Source of the DNA: Fistulifera solaris
Lineage: Eukaryota
Direction: 5' to 3'
Length of the DNA: 64,000 nt
Assembly: GCA_030295235.1 (NCBI GenBank)
Contig: AP026164.1
Coordinates: forward strand, 1,178,001 to 1,242,000
Shown here in pieces: positions 25,542 through 37,785 of the stretch. A program made the position numbers and the translations under genes. The notes under the pieces are model-generated. The model ran no database searches. It was given only the letters and a program-made list of their open reading frames with translations, and was not told where the DNA came from. Within the stretch, counting starts at the first letter, position 1; each line of letters opens with the position of its first letter.

Positions 25542-25855
25542 TTGCTTTATTATAACACCGCTACCTCCTACGTCTATCTTCTCAGTGGCAAGAAAATTGA
25601 TGAGCGGGGACGCTGATCAATTATACTACCTGGTACCACCCTATTCCTGCGATACAACGAAATACTTACACGATCAATTTCGTTCCCTGACGTCTCATCG
25701 TCTGCACCGCGATTAAGCTGCACAATAAAACGACGATGGGATGATTCAGGCTCGGGAATGAAGTTTTTGTGAGTCGTGTTGCGGCTATCTCAGATTAAAA
25801 CGGAGTTACTTCATATGGTAGGATTGCATTTAAACAGCAACCGGGAGGAAAATAA

Positions 25856-28800
25856 TTATGCGTATACATAGTCAACTTTGGCGTCATTTGTACCTTCAGG
25901 GTACTTCCATGCGCCACGCTTTCCTTGTCGCGAGTTCCCTCGTTCCTTTTCTTCCAAGCGGATCAGTCTTAATCGCTGTTGCCTATTCTGGTAAATGTAC
26001 CAGATTACGCCAACCACCATGACAATAGAGATGCTAATCCAAGCGACCAAATTGAGAACGAACTTGTTGTACGGCACATTGTTTACTTCGTTATCGGCGT
26101 TGGCGCTCCAAGCTGTCTCGATAAAGACATTGATGCACATTAAAATGGCATCAAACGTACCATGCAGAATGAGAGCAGGAAAAACGATTCGTCCAACGCC
26201 GATACGATGGCCATTATCTCTATCGTGTTCGACGAATTTTCGTATCATGTTTATGCTTTGCATAGCTGCAGCAAGAGCATGGATTGGGAAAATAGATCGA
26301 AAGAAAAGTACAATCCATTCTTCCATGATCTCCTCCTTCCCGTGCGACTGACCGGGACCACCAAAAACGAACACATATAAACAGCTTTCCGCGCATGCAA
26401 ACCCGACAGCGACGCTAATTATTGCGGTGGTAATTGCCATTGCCCTTTGTCGGTGAGTTCGAATATCGTTCTCGTCTTCGTCGAACTCAGTCTCGGTGGT
26501 ACCAGTTGAACGAAGGAGGTTATCTTCGGTGGCCTTGACCTTCTTTGCTTTATCATCGTTACTTTGAATTAACTCCTGAACTTGATGTGAAGCAAAGGGT
26601 ACTTAACAAGGTCGCCGTCGATTGCGCCAGCATCATCTTCCTGACGTTGTAATCCGGTGAGAAACACCAAGTCCGGGTGTTCGACAGCGCGAAACGTGTA
26701 GTACTTGCACAGTTCCTCCACTGATGCGGCAATTACATAGGCATTGAAAAACTCGCTCAATATCCAAATCATTCTCCGATGGTCATCGACCCAGTTAGCG
26801 AACACATCACTAGTGACGTAAAGCACCAATTCTCCAAACAGCACCAGGTGGACAAGCAAGCCCTCCAATAAAACTGCTACCGGCAGCGCAACCAAAAACC
26901 CCGCAGCGAAAAATTTGATGACGGCGTCCAGACTGAGGTCGCTTTTGTGAAAGAGCCAATGAACAACGAATATAATTAGAAAACTTTGGGCGAACGTTGC
27001 ACCAAGTATCACAGCGTCTTGCCATGAAAAGGCAGCTAGTGGATTGAAGAAAATCGCGGCAACAAGAGCAGAGGACGACAGCAGAAAGCCGACAAGGATA
27101 TAGCGGCTTAGCTTCGACAACGCTTGAAAGTGAGGACTGATTCCGCGCAGTCTTTTCGAATATCCTTTCCATCCTTTTCGAAGATCATTTACTTGTTTTT
27201 GATATTCATGAAACGGCTGGTGCGTAATGAAGTCTATCCTTTGGTAACGCGGAGGTAAAAGGAGACGCATTTCCCGTGCTTCCTGAGCAAGTGCGCAAAT
27301 GGATAGGCACTGGCACCAGCATTTACACAACGCTCCACAACATATCGACATCAAACAGTTGAATCCTCTAGCAACGCAGTCTTCATGGTGAGCTTTTTTC
27401 TTGCGACGAACAATACCCTCGTCTGCCACCTCTATGTGCTCGTTAAAAGAACCATCAATTGTATCATCGATGGGATAGCAGCCGAACAGTGTGTGACTGC
27501 AAGCTCCTTCGTATTGGTCTTCGAGTGCGCCATCTAACGCTACGCGTCGTGTCGTAGCCTCGTCGGAAGAGGCGTAATACAAGTGATCTTCTTGGGCTCT
27601 TGCTCTCACAACATAAAACCGTGTTCTCATTCTTCGGCGTCGGCCCAACAATCCTAAGAAAATCAGGAAAAATATGAATATTCCAAGTCGAGCGTGCGAA
27701 CCAGTCTCTTGTTCCCCTAACGCACTAGGCTTGGGCTGTTTAGCGTAGTTCTGCCCTGCGTCATCGTTTGTGTCGTCGCGTGTATCGTCATTATTTACAC
27801 CCGCATCATCGTTGTTCGCATTCGCATCATCATTATAGGCGGCATCGTCGCCGTCTACGCCATAATCTTCAGTACGTCTTCGCTGTTGCCAATCTCGACG
27901 ACTTTCCTCCTGCACTTTATCGTAAATGGCGTACTCGTCGCGTACAAAATCAAGAAGGGGTCGCCAAATAGTTTCATGGCAATCGCGAATTTTGAATATC
28001 CCATTCACGGGATAAGCCGTCCTCTCTTGAGTCGATCTGTTCTGAGTGGCCTTGTAAGATCTTAAACGGCGCTGATCATCATCGTTGTCTCGAGCATTGT
28101 TGTAGTAGCGATTATTGTTGTTGTTTTGAAGGTAGTCGTCCCACCATTGCTCCTCTACGTCTTCACCCTCATCACCGCCATCTTGACTAACGGCATTGTT
28201 GTTGCCGTTACTTCTATTGCCTTTATCATTGTAAAAATCATAGCCGGACATATAATTCCCAGCAATTCCATTCCCCGTGCCGAATCCAAAGACAAGGAAC
28301 GTGGAAAACATAAGGAGCATTGTCACTAGCAAGGCGTACGCCATTAAGCGACTGGGTTGTCGCTTCTTATTGGCTTTGCCCCAACCTCTTCTTTCGTTAC
28401 GAAGCTCAAGTAAGTACTCCGTCCTATTCGAGAGAAGCAGACCAAAACAACCTATACTCGCGCAAACAAGCGGTTCATCCAAGAATAAAGATCGAATGCT
28501 GGTCGAAAAGCCCCGATATCGCAGTACAGGTGTAACGTCCGCCGTCGTAGACTGAGATCGGAATGACTCGATGTGATCATCATCCTCGTCTTCGTCGTCG
28601 TCGGACACATACGACTCGTCGGACTGTTCTTCTTTGTCCGTGCTGTATACGCTGTGATTGGATTGTTCTCTTTCCCGGTTGCCCGTTCTTGAGTGACTGG
28701 TCTCCGAACTAAAATGCTGGCTCATTTCGTTCTCGGAATGGGACTTGCTTTGCCGAAATAACGTAGAAATTTTTCCTGTTAAGCCTACTTTTGGCTTGGG

Positions 28801-28932
28801 AGGTTCCATGACAAAGTCTGCGGTCGGAGCGACAGATTCTCGGGCAACAGCACGACTGTCGAGAGCCGGAGGTACGTAAGATCCGGTGCCCTTATCATCG
28901 GGGCCACTTCGAGCGGTTGGCTTGGTTGCCAT
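25856..28932 (-). CDS. Large membrane protein with PLAC8-like Cys-rich segment and C-terminal PrsW-family glutamic intramembrane protease domain
   Basis: AASVEELCKY, VGFACAES, PIHALAA and LHGTFD are the four PrsW motifs. CCGALCKCWCQCLSICALAQEARE is PLAC8-like. Adding one T near 26596 joins the ORFs. Confidence 0.75.
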
Positions 28933-29629
28933 ATTTTAATAGAAGAAAAGATTGTTTTAGCTGTTCGTGAAAGACGTGCTGTTTACTGAATCAAGTGCTA
29001 TTTTCTGATTCAAAGAAATAATGAGGAATGATATTCATTCCTTGTCAAGAGTAATGATCATGTTGTGCATCAATGGGCATTTTTGCCTGCCCTACAACAT
29101 CATGGCGGGAGGCGTGCACGGTGCAAGTGCTCTTCGCAGCATTCATTGACAGGCGATAGGTGGAGTTTCTGCGATTACGAATCGATCTCCGTTCAAACAT
29201 CTCAACGTCTTTCTACTCTTGCGTAGTACCTATCAGTATCAATAATTGCGCACGATTTCCTATTCAAAAAGCTATGCTTAGTACTTTAAAGCCAAAATTT
29301 TGTTCCGAATTCCGTTCCCAAATTCCAATGCACGATTTTTCTAAAAGGTGATTCTGAACTCTATAACATATAGTATTGGGTACCAGTAAGTCAGTCTCTG
29401 AAAGCACTTCCGAGATGTCATCTGCCACCTTCCCCCACCGCAGTTCACACGCACAGCACCACCCAGACCCAGCCGTAGCCAGTCCTTCGACCCTTCAACC
29501 ATGTGACATGTGAAGAGCCGTTCCTGACGACAAAAGAACGATAATCCGTGGCTGATAGCCGTATTTCTATTGAATGCATGTCTACAACTTGCTCGAGGAA
29601 CAGAATAGGACACGAAACAGAGAAAAGGC

Positions 29630-32600
29630 ATGGCTCCCAAGCGCTGTAAAATGCGGAAGCGCTAAAGAGCGCTGTGGCTGTGAGTGCGAAGAGAAAAGAA
29701 CCCGATGGCAGCGACCAGCAAGAATCACAAATTGTCGCTTCTGATATGAATTGCTCCAATACATGTGCCAGAAACATTGCCCAAAACGAAATTGATGACG
29801 GCGATTCGTCCTCAGATGGTTGTTTGCACTGTCGAAAAGTAGCGGAGGATGGCGATGTGCAAGTCAGATGCTATGATTGCTGCAAATACATATGCAGCGA
29901 GTGCCACTGGTGTCATGAATTTCAAGCGAATCATGAAATTCGAGTTTGTGATCGCTGCGATGCATTTTATTGTCGACATTGCGATGAGATGGATCAGTGT
30001 GATGATTGTGGGGAAGTTGTTTGCGCGTCTTGCAGTACTCTTTTGTCTTGCAAGTTTTGCGGTGGGGGGCTTTGTGAAGAGTGTGCTACTGCTTGCGGTC
30101 GGTAAGTGTAGAGCTCGTGTACGGTTTGCGATTCGTTGATTGAAATTTACTTATTCTATTGTTTCAGCTGCGGGATTGTGTTGTGCAACCGCGATGCGAA
30201 ATTTGCTGTAGACTGTGACACTTGTCGATTATCCTATTGCTTGGTTTGTTTGGCTAGTGGAGGGAAGGATCCTTGCGTGCGTTGCGGGCACAGACCATCG
30301 AAACGCATGGAGCAGTTAGTGCATCTTCGTCTCAAAAGTATTTACAAAGCATTTAAGCAGAGCAGCACGAGTCCCACGCTGACCTCGGCTGTAAGCGTTA
30401 CTGGCCATCATGGAGCCACGATATCCACCGTGGAAAAGCATATCTCGAGAGCGAGAGGTCAAAAGTCAAAAAGCTGGCGGGAGAGAGGCATATCCAATGA
30501 TTTGCAGAATTCGCCATGGGATGATGATGACGGGGATTTTCTGCATGACTGCCCGGTGATACCGCCCGCGACTGATCGCAACCCTTTTTTAGATGCCGAG
30601 GAGAGCGTTGATAGACTCTATAGATACAAGGAAGAGCAGGAGAAAGCTGATGCAGCAGCGGCTGCTTTGTTGGCTGAACTGGAGGAGGAAGAAGAAGCTG
30701 CAAAGTCGAGAAAGAAAAAAAAGAATAAGAAAAAGCAACGTCAAGTCACAGGTCAAGATCATGAAGGAGACGATTTTCAACAAGATTCGAACAATCAGAG
30801 TTTGAAAAAGGCTAGCACGCTAAGTACTCGCGGCCTAGAAAAGCGACCACATGACGCGACGAAGTCAGATGTAAAGTTTGCAGATGATGGTTCACTGAAC
30901 GAAGAGTCGGCTGTACATGAAACTAAGACCCGAGGACAGGATGATATTCCTTTGAAAGATACGACTGATAATCTGGAAAACGAATTGTGGAATCTAGTCG
31001 AAAACTCAGATGTGGATGGCATCAACCAACTTCTGATGTCGATTAGAGGGGTTCCTGGACGCGCTTTGCTTCGAAAGAATGCGAAAAAAGCCTTAAAGCG
31101 TATTCGTATGGATCAAGAGGCAGAATTAGATGATGGGGCTGACGAAGAGTGTGACACTGGAGCTGTTGAAGACGGTGCGCTTTCTGTGGGAGATTTTGTT
31201 GCCAGTGCACTAGAGCCTTCCAGGGAACTTCTTAGCGTAGTTTCCGAGACGCAAGTAAAATCCAGCACGACTACTTTAGGCGCTTCGCGCGGCCGGCCCA
31301 TACAGGCAGGACAGTCATCAGGTAGATGTGAATGTGTTCTTAGTATGTCTCCTCTGATTGTTGGCTGGGTAATTGGCAAAGGCGGTCAGCGTATTCGCGA
31401 TCTGATGGAAGAGAGTGGTGCCCGAATCTGGATTGATCAAGAAAGTGTCGGTCCATCAGAAAATCGTGTTGTATACGTTAGTGGGCAACGGAAAAATGTT
31501 GACGATGCTGTTCATCTAATCAAAGATTTAGTCGGTAAAGCTCCGGTAAGCTCTGCTCAAACCAGGCATAGTGCACCTTCGAGTGACAATCAGGCTGTCG
31601 ATCCCTCAGCTCCTATACCAAGAAGCAACGAGAGCCCTACTAAAGGGCTACCATTAAAGTCTACTGAGAGCGAAGTCAAGTTTGAGCCGTTGAGAGAAAT
31701 AGGCGCGGATCCTTCAAAGCAACAACCGGACGACGTTTCTTCAACAAGGCGCGTTCTAACATGTGATCCGAGATATGTTCCTTTACTGATAGGAAGACGT
31801 GGCTGGGAGATTAAGTCTATTCAAGATAGAAGCAACGCGCAGGTTGATATTGACCAAACTGTTACCCCAAGGCGTATTACGATATCAGGCACAAAAGAAA
31901 GTGTTGCGAAAGCTGCTGAGCTGGTGCAGGATGTCTTAAGGTACCCTACATCACAACTACAAGGACCCACGAACGAAATGGTGCGAATTGAGCAAGTTGA
32001 GAGTGTGGCTTCACCGCCACTTCAACAATCGTACGCGGAGCGCGTGGCAGCTGTAGAAGACGGCAAGCGAAATGTACAAATGCCAGTGGGTCAGGAGAAA
32101 CCGTCATGGCCGAGCAATGTTAATGCGACCCATCAGAAGACAGTTTCTCTTTCTCAAATTGATGTAACGCCGTCGTTAGGTATTTTAAAGAACGATCCAC
32201 GGACGTCACCTCCATCATCCTTGATAATGAACACTGATGCAAAAGTACTGTCTCGGTCTCGTCATCGCTGTCGTCGACTCCAGAGCCCACAATGTCAACG
32301 GTCAAAAGTCCATATGCGCAAAGTTTCCCGCTGCCGTCGAATATGCTTCCGCCAATGAATGGCCAGCTTGGTATAGGTGGCAGCGAGTTGAAGATTGGTG
32401 AAGTGAACCGTGTCAGCCATGCACAACCTGATACTTTGCACCCTTACCACGCTTTCCAACCGTCAGCCCTTTCACCTCGAGTTGCTCACTTCAATCAAAA
32501 TGTTGAACAGCAAAGCGCTATATTTGAACAGAGACATCAATTGGGTCCAGCAGCTGAGGCTAACAACCCTCTGTCATTGTTTCAACTGGGACCACGACAC

Positions 32601-33185
32601 GGCTTGAACCATCATCTGCATTCTGGGCTACATCCTTCAGAAGCTCAAAGCTTTCCTTCGCACAATCACAACGGCCTACGTTCTCAGGGTCTTTTTGAGC
32701 AAACAGGCATTCATGGCCACCAACAAGAATTAGGGCGTTTTGAATCAAGTGAGTTGCCGAACGCGGGTCTGTGGGAACATCCTGTTGAAGCGCCAAACCA
32801 TGTCCCTCAAACAGCCTCGGATCCTGTTGCAGGCTTCCAACTTGATGCAGCGGTCGACTTCCTTCAAAACTCAAACATGCAATATGGCAGTCAAGCAGCA
32901 GTTGGTCCACCTCCTGGACATATCCTTCTTGGTTCGCCTGCTAAGTATGATGCGAGAATTATCGACAGCCTTTTCGCCAGTTCTGGGGAACCAGAATCTT
33001 CTTTACTTCACGGATTTGATGGTCTTTCCATTAATCAAAACGATGCTTCAAATTCGATGTTTGGGCTGTTTGCGACGGGTGGCGCAGGCAATGGCGCTCC
33101 GGCCCCACGTCAAGCTCTCAATGACAGTCATCCTTCCACACAGATTCCGGAAACATTTCCTTCTGGGTTTGCTTGGGATGGATAA
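29630..33185 (+). CDS. Cys-rich (multi-CxxC) protein with two KH RNA-binding domains
   Basis: Tandem CxxC-x4-CxxC repeats, then KH motifs VGWVIGKGGQRI and VPLLIGRRGWEI. Intron 30102-30167; probable homopolymer indels near 29650 and 32243. Start codon uncertain. Confidence 0.75.
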
Positions 33186-33688
33186 TCAGCTGCTGCGCAT
33201 TTGTTCGATATACACCGGGCCTCTCCGCTATTCTCACCAGTTGGTCCAAGGGAGCGAAGGTTTCTACATCATTATGTCCTCTTTACTGCGAGGGAGGATT
33301 TTATTTTGAACTAAGTAATGCGGCTTATTTATTTCTTCTGTACGCTGTGTATCATGTCGCCATCTATTTTTGATGCCGTCCACAAAGGCAGAGAGAGCGC
33401 TTGCTTGTTTTGCACGAAGCAAATAAACGCTTTTAGTTGACCTTGAAACTTTCAGGCTATCGTTTCCTGGTTCTGGCTTTGGAAAACAAGATATTGCCCA
33501 AGAAAAACAACGTCGTCCTGCAACAGATTTTTCATAAAATTGGTTTATAAGATATTAAAACTGCACATCGAACCTTGGTAGGACGATGAGATTCTCGATT
33601 TCAAATACAAGCGTACAATGAGGTGATAAAGTCGGAAGTTAGAAACGTCCAGATCTTCCTCGGGGGATGTAGGTTCCATATACTTTCA

Positions 33689-34045
33689 TCAATTGAAGGA
33701 CTCAATTGAACTTCCACTAGGGGAGAATCCTGAAGGGTTGCTTGAGTTGATGGAATGCCGAAGAAGCATCTCACGAAGGCGCTCGATTTCGTTTTCGGGC
33801 CTTTCAACAGCCTGCAGTAAGAGACGACGCTTCTCTCGATGCAGCCGTCGCGTCAGGTGCCCAATACTTTCGTCAAGCTTCAACTCAGGCTTTGTTGTTA
33901 ACAAAGACTGGGCCTGCAAGCTTGGCATCATAGGTGCATTTTCCGGGAAGAACCCTTGTAGCGACGAGCTTTCTCTGCGCCGAGAGCGCGGAGTTGTCCG
34001 TCGAACAAAGTCAGGCGTCGTGGGTTCAGAGAAAGGCCTTGACAT
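33689..34045 (-). CDS. Small hypothetical protein
   Basis: 118-aa ORF with a short coiled-coil-like segment; may extend to about 33601 via a frameshift. Confidence 0.4.
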   Translation of the reverse strand: MSRPFSEPTTPDFVRRTTPRSRRRESSSLQGFFPENAPMMPSLQAQSLLTTKPELKLDESIGHLTRRLHREKRRLLLQAVERPENEIERLREMLLRHSINSSNPSGFSPSGSSIESFN

Positions 34046-34439
34046 GGTGATCTAGAGCTATCAGACAGAAGCAATGTGAAGTATTCCGCAATAATGAGGT
34101 GCGGTTATTATGAAGAAGAGGAGGAGTAGATATTTTTGTTGATGTCAAAAGTGTCAATCAAACCTTCCGTCGTTTAACTTTCCAACATACTGTAAAGGAT
34201 AGTTGTTTTACATTAGGTCAGTTAGTGGGCGGTTATGTCGTAAGGTTACCAGGTACGACATAAGCACCTTGCATGAGCTATGAGCTATACCTAGTTCTCT
34301 AGCAACCTAGCAACACGACTATGTCATGTATTTGCTGAGACATGGAAACCTTGATATAAGAGTTAATAGCGTGAGTAACGAAGAAGAATCGTTTGTCTGG
34401 TTAAAATAGAGTAAACCTAAAATATTTCCTAAAAATCAC

Positions 34440-35838
34440 CTAAAGACGTGGGTCCAATGGCACAGCCCCTCCCTCTGTCGACATACACACATTTTGAACA
34501 ATTTTCACACCAGCGGCAAGCGCCTCGAGCGTCTTCGGTGGTCGCACATCTTGATCAAAAATCGCCAGAGGAATAGCTAGAGTGGCCACGGCGTTTGGGA
34601 CGTCGACGATTCCCGAAATTCTGCCTTCACACGGAATGCAGCTCAACATGAGATAGACCTGCTCTTCCGAATATCCAAACTGACAAAGGTACTTAATGCA
34701 ATTGAGGACGGCGCGTTTGTAAGCGATCGTGGCATCCAAGTAGTGCTGAACTCCTTTTCATCGACAGAAACTCCCTCGAAGACCAACCACTCCGAATAAC
34801 GCGGTTCGAGTGGTCCGATTTCGAAAATCGGATTGACCGACAAAGGCGAAGGCCCGACGACAGGAAGCATTTTCATTCCTCCCTTGATAATGGAGCATTT
34901 GAGCTCCAAGAAACCAGACATTTCTATAGCACCACAGAAACTAACTTCTCCGTCTCCTTGAGAGAAGTGCATATCACCCATGGACAGAAGGGCACCGGGA
35001 CAGAACACTGGGAAATAAACTTTGCAACCCCTGCTCAGATTCTTAATGTCACAGTTGCCACCATTTTCTCGGCCAGGAACCGTCCGCGCCGCCTCGTTGG
35101 CGATTGCCAGCCATTCACTATCTTCCTGCTTATCCTTAAAGTGGCCGAGTTTTCCCAGCATAGCTCCCTTGGCTTCGGGTAGACAAGCCAACGGACGCGT
35201 GTGCAAGCAACCACACAGCGTTTTCTCCTTGTCGGTTCCTTCCTCGGCAACAAGCGTAGCTTCTCTCTCGTTCCACATTCTGAGCAGCTCGGCAGAAGGG
35301 GCCGTTCCGATCAAACCAGGATGAATCAAACTGAAGAAAGCACGCAATGAGCGCACGCAGTCAGTCCTTTAAACAAGCAGCCCGTCACTTACCCTGCAAA
35401 TCGAACACCGGGGATGTGACGAGAGGAACAATAAATTCCTTCCAAGTCCCAGCAGGCTTTGCTAGCGCAAGGAAAGTGATCCGTCAAAAAGCCTCCGCCG
35501 TTTTCTTTTGCGAAGGATCCGGTAAAGCCCCATTCATCGCCGTCCAATGTACCCAGATTGAGAAACTCGACCTTCAACAAATCGCCGGGTTCGGCTCCTT
35601 CAACCGTGATGGGTCCACTGAGATAATGGACCTGAGACAAGTCGACATTCTTGACGTCGTCGGAGTTGTCGTCATTCTTAATTTGTCCTCCCGTCCAGTC
35701 GACACACTCGACGCGAAAGACTTCTCCCTCCTTCACGGAAGCGACCGGCGGGATATCCGGATGCCAGCGATTGTGCAGAGGAGTCTCCTGCTGCCACGGA
35801 AGCTTTTTGGGGTCCACGGAAATGATCGTCTTGACCAT
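34440..35838 (-). CDS. fmdA: Formamidase (FmdA/AmdA acetamidase-formamidase family)
   Basis: LHNRWHPDIP, DWTGGQI, HYLSGPI, PGRENGGNCDIKNL, GDMHFSQGDGE, SGIVDVPNA. Intron 35331-35392; frameshift near 34755. Confidence 0.93.
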
Positions 35839-36398
35839 GTTACTTTTGTTCACAACAAGGAGAGAAGTTTTTCGGGTTACTTGTGGTAAAAAGTGAGAAC
35901 AGACAATGAGAATGTCGATTGCGTGTGTGTTCTTTTTGTTGCGACGATCGTTTCGGTTCATTTTTTCGGAAGTCGGAACAACTTCCTCCTCGACATCCGG
36001 AGGAAGATATGAGTACCGGTACTGAGATTGTATTGTTTATGACTACAGTCACGCAATCCATGAAGACCAGTAATTGACGGTTAAATTTAAAATATATTTA
36101 TAGACCCTCACAAACAATAAACATTGAACGGAAGCCCTGGTGCGAGAACAAACTCCGAAACATATAGCTAAATTAAGAAGAACCGGTTATCGAATGATAG
36201 GCACGAAACTTGTTAACCGGAAAGGTCAGAAGATAATGCGTGTCGCGTATTGATCGACATGTATGCATTGTTGTCAAGCTTTCATGATAATATCTTACAG
36301 CTTTTATCCCCAAAAACAATCCGCTCATTCAAATGAAGGTTCTAAGGAATTTACCAAGGACCAACAAATTCGAGGGAATCTTTGACGTACAAAGGAAA

Positions 36399-37388
36399 AT
36401 GAATTCTTCTTTCCTATCTCTCTTGGTTTTAGCTATGTCGTCGCTAGCGTTTTTCGTTCTGAACGTATATCAACTGAATACATGGAATACTTCATCTCGG
36501 GTTACAACATTATCACAACAAATTGAAATGAATAGGACCATTCATCATGTGCCAATCCAAATGCGGCCAAAAACACGGGGCAAACTGGTTCAACCCGGAG
36601 ATTTCATTTACTACAGAGATGACAAGCGATGGGACTCGGCGCCCATTGTAATCGAATCCCACAAGTTGGTCTTCTTTACCATTCCCAAGGTCGGCTGCAC
36701 GGTTTGGAAACAATTATTTCGTCGCATGGAAGGATACTCCGACTGGCAGGATCAAGACGGCGAGCGCCTGTTGCCGCACAACCCAAACGAGAATGGTTTG
36801 AAATATCTGTACGATTATTCCATTGAAAAAGCCAACGAGATCATGACCAGTCCGAAGTGGACCAAGGCCATGATGGTGCGCGAACCGAAGCAGCGATTTC
36901 TGAGTGCCTTTCTCGATAAAGCAGTCAGCAACGATCATGCTCACATCAGGAACAAATGCTGTCAGTTTATGGAAGATGCACAGCAATGCGTTGACTCGGC
37001 GCAAACAGCATCTGGATTTTTGGAGTTGATCAAAGCATGTGAGGATGATCATTGGAGAGCTCAGTACGATCGAGTGGACTATAAATATTGGCCTTACATT
37101 GACATGGTGTTGCATGTGGAGACGGCGGAGGAGGATGCAAAGAGACTTTTACAGAAAATCGGAGCATGGGATGAGTTTGGTCAAACAGGATGGTCGTCAG
37201 ATCATCAGAGTCCCATATTTGGCAACGCTGCTAAAAGTGCCGGCGATCACGCAACTTGGTCGCAGTGGCAGGTATGGAAATGGTACACGCCCGAGGTGGA
37301 ACGTCAAGTGGAAGCATTTTACCGAGCAGATTACGAGAATCCACTCTTCAATTTCACCACATACGAATGCTTCACCTGTGTTAAATAA
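36399..37388 (+). CDS. Golgi type-II carbohydrate sulfotransferase (Sulfotransfer_2), paralog of 22456-23650
   Basis: N-terminal TM, WDSAPIVIE, TIPKVGCTVWKQLF, NGLKYLYD, VREPKQRFLSAFLDK, HWRAQ, YRADY. Confidence 0.9.
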   Translation: MNSSFLSLLVLAMSSLAFFVLNVYQLNTWNTSSRVTTLSQQIEMNRTIHHVPIQMRPKTRGKLVQPGDFIYYRDDKRWDSAPIVIESHKLVFFTIPKVGCTVWKQLFRRMEGYSDWQDQDGERLLPHNPNENGLKYLYDYSIEKANEIMTSPKWTKAMMVREPKQRFLSAFLDKAVSNDHAHIRNKCCQFMEDAQQCVDSAQTASGFLELIKACEDDHWRAQYDRVDYKYWPYIDMVLHVETAEEDAKRLLQKIGAWDEFGQTGWSSDHQSPIFGNAAKSAGDHATWSQWQVWKWYTPEVERQVEAFYRADYENPLFNFTTYECFTCVK

Positions 37389-37495
37389 TTTCTTAGAGTG
37401 AGTCATTTGCTGTTTCGATCCACTTCACCTTCTTTGGGTCTAGGTCTTAGACTATGTACTAATTCGAAAACGGAGTGCCGCAAAATTAAATAGTC

Positions 37496-37505
37496 TATAT
37501 ATATA
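37496..37505 (+). promoter_or_regulatory. TATA-like element upstream of the permuted tRNA
   Basis: TATATATATA ending about 20 nt before the leader/CAA motif (37526-37528) and 33 nt before the tRNA 3' half. Confidence 0.6.
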
Positions 37506-37537
37506 CATTAAGATCACCAATTATTCAACTCGCATGT

Positions 37538-37617
37538 TTCGAATGGTCACGTGTTCGACTCACGTTTGGCGCTTAACTAAAGCGTCAATAGCTCAGTGGT
37601 AGAGCGTTCGATTGCAG
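37538..37617 (+). tRNA. trnC-GCA: Circularly permuted tRNA-Cys(GCA): 3' half 37538-37573, 8-nt spacer, 5' half 37582-37617
   Basis: Reordered halves fold into a complete cloverleaf: acceptor GCGTCAA/TTGGCGC, D-stem GCTC/GAGC, anticodon stem TTCGA/TCGAA with GCA, T-stem ACGTG/CACGT with TTCGACT loop, U73 discriminator. Confidence 0.92.
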
Positions 37618-37624
37618 AGGGATG

Positions 37625-37630
37625 TTTTTT
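37625..37630 (+). terminator. Pol III oligo-dT terminator
   Basis: T6 run beginning 8 nt after tRNA position 37, followed by a second T5 run. Confidence 0.7.
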
Positions 37631-37785
37631 GCTTTTTCTACATGTTTATGCCAGTTTCTGTGATACACGGATTGGCGATAGGCGATGCCTTTGATCTTCT
37701 CTTTTGATCGAAGTCGAAAAACCTAATACCGGAGTACCAAGTACTAGGGCATCCATTCCAAACAAAAAAAAATGCCTTGACGACC

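Noticed and set aside
37582..37620. Isolated tRNA 5' half as a pseudogene or SINE head, or an intron-containing tRNA with a downstream 3' exon
   Set aside because: No T-arm or acceptor strand follows downstream and a T6 terminator intervenes. The exactly complementary 3' half lies immediately upstream.
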